The translations under genes and the position numbers were made by a program. Shown here piece by piece: positions 17,685-24,940 of a stretch of DNA of 30,520 bases; position 1 is the first letter of the stretch; each line of letters opens with the position of its first letter. Origin of the DNA: Elusimicrobiota bacterium (lineage in GTDB: Bacteria > Elusimicrobiota > UBA8919); contig JBDRIG010000060.1 of the NCBI GenBank assembly GCA_043816185.1, forward strand, positions 1 to 30,520, read 5' to 3'. Under the pieces are notes generated by a model that saw only the letters and a program-made list of their open reading frames with translations, did not search any database and was not told the DNA's origin.

Positions 17685-18697
17685 ATATTTAATCTCTTCT
17701 TAAACCCATTGGGTAAAAACATTTCAATAAATATAAACATTAATCCAATGAAAACAAAATAGTAAAATTTCTCCTCATACCTTTCATATTTTTGAGATTT
17801 CAATTGTTTTGTTTCCATATCTGAAATATCTTCTGCTACCCGCGAAATTTCAACTTCGCCATCAGTTGCCTGATAATATTTTCCACCTGTTTGATACGCT
17901 ATTTTCTGCAAAGATAAATCATCAAGTTTCGTCATTATCGTTTCATTCTCTTTATTTTTCTTATAACCAATGACCTTTCCTGCTTCATCCTTATCTGGTA
18001 TTAATTCTCCGCGCGATGTTCCAAATCCAATTGTGAATATTTTTACACCCTCTTTTTTGGCTAAAAGTGCAGCTGCGACCGAATCACTTTCGTGGTCTTC
18101 ACCATCGGTTAAAAGTACAATTGCCTTGTATTTTCTGTCTTCTTTTGCAAAATTCTTCACTGCTAATTCTATTGCATCTCCAATTGCAGTACCTGGAACT
18201 GGTACAAGTTCATCTGTCAATGAATCTAAAAACATTTTAGAAGTAGCGGTGTCGAGTGTTAATGGACATTGTAAAAATGGTTTACCTGCAAATGCAATAA
18301 TTCCTAAACGATTACCAGAAAGTTTATCGATGAGAGTAAAAAGTTCAAGTTTTGCCTTTTCCAAACGATTTGGCTTGATGTCCTGGGCAAGCATGCTTTT
18401 TGAGACATCAACAGCGATTATTACGTCTACACCACGCTTTTTCATTTCGACAATCTTATTACCAAATTTTGGCCCCGATAAGGCAAAAATTAAAAAGGAC
18501 AGGCCTATTATTTTTGAAACTTTTTTTAATTCTATCAACCGTAAATCATATTTTACAAAAAGTTTTTTGATATTTTCCTTAGAAAATAGTTTATTTAGAA
18601 AATTCCTTTTGTTTTTTTCAGAGACATATTCAAAAATAATAACAATTGGAATAACAAAAAGTAGCAAATAAAAAAACAGTATATTCGAAAATTTCAT
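17681..18697 (-). CDS. batB: BatB-like vWA domain protein
   Basis: MIDAS DVSKSMLAQD, PNRL, FAG, PLT.D, GTAIGDAI, LLTDGEDH. Confidence 0.85.
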   Translation of the reverse strand: MKFSNILFFYLLLFVIPIVIIFEYVSEKNKRNFLNKLFSKENIKKLFVKYDLRLIELKKVSKIIGLSFLIFALSGPKFGNKIVEMKKRGVDVIIAVDVSKSMLAQDIKPNRLEKAKLELFTLIDKLSGNRLGIIAFAGKPFLQCPLTLDTATSKMFLDSLTDELVPVPGTAIGDAIELAVKNFAKEDRKYKAIVLLTDGEDHESDSVAAALLAKKEGVKIFTIGFGTSRGELIPDKDEAGKVIGYKKNKENETIMTKLDDLSLQKIAYQTGGKYYQATDGEVEISRVAEDISDMETKQLKSQKYERYEEKFYYFVFIGLMFIFIEMFLPNGFKKRLNI

Positions 18698-19680
18698 TAC
18701 GGAACCGTCCTAAAAATTAGATTTCTAAGAATTATCTCAAAAAAAAGTATTAAAATACCCGGCAATAAAAACCATCTGTAAAGTTCATTAAAGTTGGTAT
18801 ACTCTTCAATCTTGAATTCTGTTTTTTCCATAGAATCAATCTTTTTATAAATCTCCTCTAACGATGATTTATCTTTTGCTCTAAAATAAAGACCGTTTGT
18901 CTCGTTAGCAATTTGTAAAAGCATCGGTTCGTCAAGGTCTTCTTTCATCCACACATATCTTTTACCAAAAATTTGATCCTCGATAGGATATGGTGCAGGA
19001 CCAATACCAGCAGCACCTATCGTATAAATTTTAATTCCAAATGCAGATGCTGCTTTTGCTGCTGTAATAGGATCAACTTCGCCCATATTATTTCTTCCAT
19101 CAGTAAGTAAAATTATTATTTTGCTTTTTCCCGTTGATGCTTTAATCCTCTTGACGGACGTTACTATTGCCGTTCCTATCGCCGTTCCATCTGCTTGAAT
19201 CATACCAATTTCGACTTTATCAATAAAATCAAGCAGTGAGCCATAGTCGGTAGTTAATGGGCATTGCGTAAACGCAACTGCAGAAAACACAACTACACCA
19301 ATACGATCATTTTTCCTACCTGATATAAATTTCTTTACGACTTGTTTTGCGGCATCAAGACGATTATCTGGCTTAAAATCTTCTGCTCGCATAGAAGTAG
19401 AGGTGTCGATGCATAAAATTATGTCAATACCTTTTTTCGTAAAATCAAACGTTTTTTGACCACCTTGTGGTCGTGCTAATGCTAATATTACAAAAATCAC
19501 ACTTATAATTTTCAAACCATCTAATATTTTTTTACCTAATGGCGTATCAGGTTTGCCAAAAATCTTTATATCCGAAAACAGTATCCCTGAATCGGTATTA
19601 AATTTTTTCTTTTTGAGACAATAAATAACACCTATAAAAATTGGAATTAATATTAAAAAATATGGATAATAAAATCTCAT
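18697..19680 (-). CDS. batA: BatA-like vWA domain protein
   Basis: LALARPQ, MIDAS DTSTSM.AED, DRIGVVVF, PLTTD, GTAIG, LLTDGRNN, KIYTIG. Confidence 0.87.
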   Translation of the reverse strand: MRFYYPYFLILIPIFIGVIYCLKKKKFNTDSGILFSDIKIFGKPDTPLGKKILDGLKIISVIFVILALARPQGGQKTFDFTKKGIDIILCIDTSTSMRAEDFKPDNRLDAAKQVVKKFISGRKNDRIGVVVFSAVAFTQCPLTTDYGSLLDFIDKVEIGMIQADGTAIGTAIVTSVKRIKASTGKSKIIILLTDGRNNMGEVDPITAAKAASAFGIKIYTIGAAGIGPAPYPIEDQIFGKRYVWMKEDLDEPMLLQIANETNGLYFRAKDKSSLEEIYKKIDSMEKTEFKIEEYTNFNELYRWFLLPGILILFFEIILRNLIFRTVP

Positions 19681-19691
19681 TTTAATATCTC

Positions 19692-20666
19692 TTATTGCTT
19701 TTGTAGTTCTACACTATTTTTAGTATCGGCAACTTTATCATCGGCAATTGGCCTAATCATTTCAACTATTTCTTTTGCAGTTTCAAAATTTAAAATTATT
19801 TCTTTTTCTTCAGGTACATACTTAGCAAATTTTACAAAGTCAGCACATTCAAAAAATTTATGAAGAATTAAAAGAAATTTTCTATCAACATCTTTTTCTC
19901 TCAATGCTCTCAAAGATTCGGAAGTTGTCATGTCTATAATGTTAACAGAAAAAATTTTTGATAAATAAATACGTATTATCTGCGTTAAGTTTATAAAAAA
20001 CTCCTTTACCATTCCTTTTTTTATCAAATCCATATCTTCAAGCTTTGACAATTCATCCATTGCATATTTATATGGGTCAACAATTTCATTGATTATGCTC
20101 TGAAAATCTTTTTTTTGAAAATAATTTCTATAAATATAATAACCTGCTAAAAGCAATACGAGTATTCCAATAAAAATAACATAAAAAATTACCTTCAATT
20201 TCAAATTTACAGGTGGCTTTATATCCCGTATATCTAAAGCACTTTCTTTATCCAATAAACTTGTAACCTCAATTTTTATTAAGTTTGTCTGGATTTGTAT
20301 TGTTTTGCCGTCTTTATCTGTAGATTTTAGGGTAAACGGTGGGATTTCATAAATACCAGTTGTAAACGTAGAAAGGATGTACTCATATTTTTTTACACAT
20401 CTTCCAAATACAAAATATTTCTTTTTTTCCTTGGAAACTTTGCAATCCTTTATTTCAAAATTTTTAAGATTTTCTTCAGGATTAAATGTATCGAATTTTA
20501 AGCCCTTCTGATATTCAAGAACGATTGTCAATTTTAACTTATCGCCAATCGTTATTTTATTTTTATCAGTGTGACTTAAAATATAGGTATCAGGTTGGAT
20601 TGAGTGGAGTTGTTGACCAGAAAACAAAATAAAAAATAGAAAGTATATAATTCTAGATAATGCCAT
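19692..20666 (-). CDS. Conserved Bat-cluster membrane protein (Ig-like domain, DIKPP + TM), normally upstream of batA
   Basis: Signal peptide, ITIGD, DIRDIKPP followed by a TM helix, IR.YL, MTT.E, ADFVKFAKY. Confidence 0.75.
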   Translation of the reverse strand: MALSRIIYFLFFILFSGQQLHSIQPDTYILSHTDKNKITIGDKLKLTIVLEYQKGLKFDTFNPEENLKNFEIKDCKVSKEKKKYFVFGRCVKKYEYILSTFTTGIYEIPPFTLKSTDKDGKTIQIQTNLIKIEVTSLLDKESALDIRDIKPPVNLKLKVIFYVIFIGILVLLLAGYYIYRNYFQKKDFQSIINEIVDPYKYAMDELSKLEDMDLIKKGMVKEFFINLTQIIRIYLSKIFSVNIIDMTTSESLRALREKDVDRKFLLILHKFFECADFVKFAKYVPEEKEIILNFETAKEIVEMIRPIADDKVADTKNSVELQKQ

Positions 20667-20719
20667 AAAATTGCTAATAAGTTTTAATAAAACTGCCGAT
20701 AGGTTTTAATTAATAAATT

Positions 20720-21388
20720 TTAATTAAAAAAATTTTGGATAAAATTATTTTTAATAAAATTCACTTTTTCCTGATATTTGGAGTTGTACAGTTCAATTTT
20801 TTCACTAAAATTATTTTTTATTTCAGATAAGGTAAATCCAAGCAACATTTTATTTAACAAATTACTGACGTCATCTAAAAAGTCTTGTTTAACAGGCTCT
20901 TCTGTTTTTAATATAAACGATTTAACAGGAGAAGATACGGAAAAAATAGTTCCTAAAATAGTTTTTTTATCGATTACTTTCAAGATTATTTCTCGAAAAA
21001 AAGTTTTTTCTGGCTTTGGCAATAAATCAAATCTTGAATGTTCTAAAATATAAAAAAATGTCTTTGATAACTCCGTTAAAGATGAATTTTCCTTCTTAAT
21101 CTGCTCATCGTAATTTTTTTTAAGCTCTTCTTTTTTATTCAAAATTGCAAGATTTGCTTCTAAAAGTTCATCAATGTAGCATCGCCAGCCCTTGTCTGTT
21201 GGAATTTTACCAGACGAAGTATGTACACCTTTTAAGTATCCGTCCTTAGAAAGTTTTGCCATCAAATTTCTTATTGAACTCGCGGAAAGGCCACATTGTG
21301 AAACAATCTGCTTTGATGAAATAGGTTTAGATGTTTCTATGTATTTAAAAATGGCTGCATGTAAAACCTTTCTGTGTCTATTATCCAT
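20720..21388 (-). CDS. hrcA: HrcA-like heat-shock repressor, divergent and C-terminally truncated (possible pseudogene)
   Basis: wHTH motif YIET.KPISS..SASSIRN.M..L...GYL...HTSSGKIPTDKGWRCYID. Only 222 aa versus about 340 aa for canonical HrcA. Confidence 0.7.
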   Translation of the reverse strand: MDNRHRKVLHAAIFKYIETSKPISSKQIVSQCGLSASSIRNLMAKLSKDGYLKGVHTSSGKIPTDKGWRCYIDELLEANLAILNKKEELKKNYDEQIKKENSSLTELSKTFFYILEHSRFDLLPKPEKTFFREIILKVIDKKTILGTIFSVSSPVKSFILKTEEPVKQDFLDDVSNLLNKMLLGFTLSEIKNNFSEKIELYNSKYQEKVNFIKNNFIQNFFN

Positions 21389-21411
21389 AATATTGAATTA
21401 CTCTGATTAAA

Positions 21412-22968
21412 TTACTTTGCCAATTCCTGATATCTTGTTTCTCTTATAACGGTTACTTTAATCTGGCCAGGATATTCCAATTCCGTCTCTATTTTCCGTG
21501 CTATATCTTGAGCAAGTTGATTTGCAGCTGCATCATCAATATCTTCTGGCTCAACCATAATTCTTACTTCTCGCCCTGCCTGAACAGCATATGATTTTGC
21601 AACTCCAGAAAACGATTCTGCAACTTTTTCAAGACGTTCTATTCTTTTCAAATAATGTTCTAGTGTTTCTCTTCTGGCACCTGGACGAGCAGCCGAAATA
21701 GCGTCTGCCGCTTGTAAAACAAATGCTTCTACGGATTCTGGCTGTACAATACCTTCGTGATGTGCCAAAATTGCATTTATCATTTTCGACGATTCCCCAT
21801 ACTGCCTTGCTATATCAGCAGACATTTGATGATGATTTCCCTCTACATCCCTGTCAATTGCTTTCCCAATGTCATGAAGTAATCCAGCTTTTTTACAAAA
21901 ATAAACATCTGCACCAAGTTCGGCAGCAAGGTAGCCTGCAATACTGGCAACCTCAAGGGTATGCGTCAACTGATTTTGCCCATAAGATGTCCTGTATTTT
22001 AATTTGCCAATCAATTTTATTATCTCGGGATCAAGATTAGTAATTCCAACCTCTAACACCGCATCCTCTCCAACTGATTTTATTTTTTCATCCATTTCTT
22101 TTTTAACCTGATTGGCAACCTCTTCAATTCTTGTCGGATGGATTCTTCCGTCAGCCATCAATCGTTCTAAGGAAATTTTTGCAACCTCGCGACGAACACC
22201 ATCAAAACTTGACAAAGTGATTGTATCTGGCGTATCGTCAATAATCAAATCAACACCTGTTGCCTGTTCAAACGCTCTAATATTTCTGCCTTCTCTACCT
22301 ATAATTCTTCCTTTTATATCGTCGTTTGGCAAAGGAACAGCAGATACTGTTATTTCCTGAGTGTACGTATTGGCACAATGTTGAATTGCAACGGCGATAA
22401 TTTCTTTTGCTTTTTTCGTAGCAGTTTCTCTTGCCTGTTGCTCAAGTTTTTTTATGAGAACTATAGCATCTTTTTTTGCTTCTTCTTCCATCGTTTTCAT
22501 TAGAATTTTTTTTGCTTCATCTGCTGTCATTTGTGAAATTTTTTCAAGTATTTTTTTCTGTTCATCTTTTTGTTGATTAATTCTTACAAGTTCTAACTCT
22601 ACTGTTCTTGTTTTTGATATGAGTTCTTCATTCTTCCTACTGATATCTCGATCTTTTTTTTCTACAACTTCAAATCGTTTGTCAAAATTCTCCTCTCTCT
22701 GAAGAAGTCGTCTTTCTAGATTTGAGAGTTCAAGTCGTCTTATTTTTGTTTGTGCTTCAAACTCCTGATGGTGTCGATGCATTTCTTCTTTTATGGCAAA
22801 CTCATCTTCCTTTTTTTTTGCTTGAATTACTTTTTCAGCATCAAGTATGATTTTTTTTGCAATTAATTCAGACGACCTCAAATTTTGTTTTGCAATGGTA
22901 ACCCTTATAAAATATCCAACTGCAACGGATACGGCTCCAACCAATAAAACTAATAAAATATTCTCCAT
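21412..22968 (-). CDS. rny: Ribonuclease Y
   Basis: N-terminal TM, coiled coil, KH ([13 protein letters not shown]), HD ([20 protein letters not shown]), [12 protein letters not shown]. Confidence 0.96.
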   Translation of the reverse strand: MENILLVLLVGAVSVAVGYFIRVTIAKQNLRSSELIAKKIILDAEKVIQAKKKEDEFAIKEEMHRHHQEFEAQTKIRRLELSNLERRLLQREENFDKRFEVVEKKDRDISRKNEELISKTRTVELELVRINQQKDEQKKILEKISQMTADEAKKILMKTMEEEAKKDAIVLIKKLEQQARETATKKAKEIIAVAIQHCANTYTQEITVSAVPLPNDDIKGRIIGREGRNIRAFEQATGVDLIIDDTPDTITLSSFDGVRREVAKISLERLMADGRIHPTRIEEVANQVKKEMDEKIKSVGEDAVLEVGITNLDPEIIKLIGKLKYRTSYGQNQLTHTLEVASIAGYLAAELGADVYFCKKAGLLHDIGKAIDRDVEGNHHQMSADIARQYGESSKMINAILAHHEGIVQPESVEAFVLQAADAISAARPGARRETLEHYLKRIERLEKVAESFSGVAKSYAVQAGREVRIMVEPEDIDDAAANQLAQDIARKIETELEYPGQIKVTVIRETRYQELAK

Positions 22969-23058
22969 TATTCCCCCTTATTTGCTTCGTAAACATTCAA
23001 ATGTTAATCAAATTTTAACCAAACACAATCGAATATTTGATGCAGATATTCGATGTTT

Positions 23059-23645
23059 CTATTCGGTATAATTATTTATGTTTCTCTTAAAAATATCTTT
23101 CTCTGTGATTACAAAATCCATCGGAATATCGTTCTTTGAAACCGATATTTTTTTTACAATTTGAAAACTATGTGCAAGCCCTATCTTCATCACTTTTTTG
23201 GTTTTCAAAAATCTGTCAAAATAACCTTTGCCAAAACCAAGACGATTACATTTTTCATCATAAGCAACTCCGGGAACAATCACGACATCTATGTTTTTTT
23301 CGGTTTTCGGTTTTCGGTTTTCGGTTCAAAAATTCCAAATTTCCCTAAAACCAGATCGCAAAAACTTTTAATCCTCACTGGCACAATCTGATTTTTTACA
23401 ACCTTTGGCAAAAAAACCTCCTTTTTTAATTTAAGCGATTTTTTTATCATCCGATGTGTATCAATCTCATTATTGAAAGATGAATAAAACATCACCTTTT
23501 TTGCTTGGCAAAACTCTTTTATTTGAAAAAGTTTTTTAAGAATTTTATGGCTGTTTGAAGCAACTGTTTTATTTGTGGCACTTTTACGAATTTTGATTAT
23601 TTTTTTTCTTATCTGTTTTTTCTGAGTCATTTTTTTTAGTACCAC
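23059..23645 (-). pseudogene. ygfA: 5-formyltetrahydrofolate cyclo-ligase split by a frameshift in a heptamer tandem repeat (pseudogene, phase-variable gene or assembly error)
   Basis: N-part (K.IRK.., EIDT, VFLPKV, GKFGIFEP) and C-part (IDVVIVPGVAYD..NRLGFGKGYFDRFL, DIPMD.VITE) lie in different frames, joined at (CCGAAAA)x4. zapA-6S-ygfA-rny synteny. Confidence 0.88.
23297..23324. repeat. Perfect heptamer tandem repeat (TTTTCGG)x4
   Basis: Read directly; sits at the cyclo-ligase frameshift. Confidence 0.95.
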
Positions 23646-23756
23646 TGTGCAATACAGAACATTACTTCATTATTCATAACAAACTTAAAGATCTATCCTA
23701 CTACAAATTACAGCGAATTATTGTTACATATTAAATTCAAAATCCAATATTACTTA

Positions 23757-24161
23757 ATCTCCACTGAAAAAGCAAAAACTCTTTGGAACAACAACGAAAC
23801 GCAAGAAAATCGTGAAAAACCATTGCGAGCGTTTTTTTTCCGTCATTGAGACTGTGTCGCAATGAGCTAAAAAGTTGCATTTTTATAGAAGATAGCAACT
23901 GATGGTAAAATATGGTACTGCAATCCAACACTAGATGGTAAAAGATGGATTGCGACACAGTCTGATTGTGAGAAGCGAATGAAATGAACGACGAAGCAAT
24001 CTCAGTTGTCGTCATTGCAAGCGACAGCGAAGCAATCTCGAACTTCAACTTCAACACAGTAGATTGCCACGGGCCGATAAATCGGCTCTCGCAATGGCTT
24101 GTAACACTACACCATGCTGTTCCTACTGGATATATAAAGAATTTGATTTTTCAGTGGGTAT
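23757..24161. repeat. Composite repeat: CCACTGAAAAA inverted ends, tandem REP-like palindromes and nested 117-bp MITE
   Basis: TA-ATCTCCACTGAAAAAGCAAA at left; reverse complement TA-ATACCCACTGAAAAATCAAA at right; REP units at about 23818-24098. Confidence 0.65.
23848..23964. mobile_element. 117-bp MITE-like element, copy B (opposite orientation)
   Basis: TIR GAGACTGTGTCGCAAT / ATTGCGACACAGTCTG; direct ATT on both sides (3-bp target duplication). Confidence 0.85.
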
Positions 24162-24174
24162 TACCCAAAAAAAA

Positions 24175-24324
24175 TCCCCGCAATGCCGTAAGAACAAAAA
24201 GTTTGAAGCACTTTATAACTAGGTGGATATCCTATTATTGTAATCGAAATTACAAAAAATTTGGATTCCAAATATTGTGCTTGTAGACTTAAAACAGTCT
24301 GTTCAATACCAACATTGCAGGGAA
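24175..24324 (-). ncRNA. ssrS: 6S RNA
   Basis: Located between zapA and the cyclo-ligase gene (conserved position). Long closing stem TCCCTGCAATGTTG / CGGCATTGCGGGGA, internal CCACCT motif, about 150 nt, followed by a U-run. Ends approximate. Confidence 0.8.
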
Positions 24325-24337
24325 AATATTACTCTAC

Positions 24338-24625
24338 TCACGCATGAGACGCCGTGTTTAGATGTAAAATTAACTCGTCTATATTTTTGTCTAACTCAGT
24401 TTCTATATTCTTTTTTTCTTCTTTCAATCTGAAAATTTCCTCTGCAAGTATTATAAGACCAACGCTAAGTATTTTTGTGGTATCCTGCGTATCCTGTTCT
24501 TTGCCTACTTCTTGTAATTTTTTATTTACATACTCGGCAAATTGATTAACAAAAAGAGGTTCAGTATCTATTTCAAGATCATGAATGCTGTTTAGTATTT
24601 TAACTGAGACCCTTTCTTTTGCCAT
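24338..24625 (-). CDS. zapA: Cell division protein ZapA
   Basis: V.VKI..., AEYVNKKLQEV, LILAEE, C-terminal coiled coil; pheT-(zapB)-zapA-6S synteny. Confidence 0.82.
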   Translation of the reverse strand: MAKERVSVKILNSIHDLEIDTEPLFVNQFAEYVNKKLQEVGKEQDTQDTTKILSVGLIILAEEIFRLKEEKKNIETELDKNIDELILHLNTASHA

Positions 24626-24864
24626 TAGATTCCTGCCCTATTTATATTTTCTAAAATACCTTCAATCCTGTTTTTCACTATATCTTTTTCCTTTGCAAAT
24701 TTTTTTACCATCTTATTCTCCCCCTCTAAAATCTTAATTCTTGTAAGCAAACGTTCGTTTATTTCTATTAATTTCTTATTCTCTTCATGAAAGCCATTCA
24801 TTGCAGCAGAAACGCTTTTGACTTTCTCTCTTAATATATCGATTTTCCTTACGATTTTATCCAT
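24625..24864 (-). CDS. Small coiled-coil protein, ZapB-like
   Basis: 79-aa heptad-rich protein ending RIEGILENI; TAATG coupling to zapA. Confidence 0.65.
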   Translation of the reverse strand: MDKIVRKIDILREKVKSVSAAMNGFHEENKKLIEINERLLTRIKILEGENKMVKKFAKEKDIVKNRIEGILENINRAGI

Positions 24865-24884
24865 TGCTTTCTACGCTTCTGTTC

Positions 24885-24921
24885 TGTGGAAAAGTATATA
24901 AATAAAATTTGTTTTTGTCAA
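24885..24921 (-). promoter_or_regulatory. Sigma70 promoter for zapB-zapA-6S with an overlapping DnaA-box-like 9-mer
   Basis: Minus strand: TTGACA (24921-24916), 17 nt, TATACT (24898-24893); TTTTCCACA (24893-24885) fits TTWTNCACA. Confidence 0.75.
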
Positions 24922-24940
24922 GGTTCAATTAAAAAAATTG

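Noticed and set aside
17970..18671. 233-aa plus-strand ORF and the other plus-strand ORFs (for example 27620-28069)
   Set aside because: Antisense shadows of well-supported minus-strand genes.
23294..23303. Programmed -1 ribosomal frameshift in ygfA
   Set aside because: The zero-frame context G-AAA-AAA is not a canonical X-XXY-YYZ heptamer and no stimulatory structure is evident; repeat-number change is simpler.
14078..23847. Composite transposon or inverted 9.8-kb block bounded by the two opposite MITE copies
   Set aside because: Each copy has its own intact REP flanks and duplication, and zapA-6S-ygfA-rny synteny runs through copy B, so the block has not moved or inverted.
5286..24161. 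CRISPR array interpretation of the repeats
   Set aside because: No regularly spaced identical repeats with unique spacers, and no cas genes.
23737..24286. ORFs 23737-24057 (-) and 23984-24286 (+), and 13949-14134 (+)
   Set aside because: Translations of the MITE/REP composite or antisense to 6S RNA; no SD or protein-family motifs. The shared peptide simply reflects the repeat.
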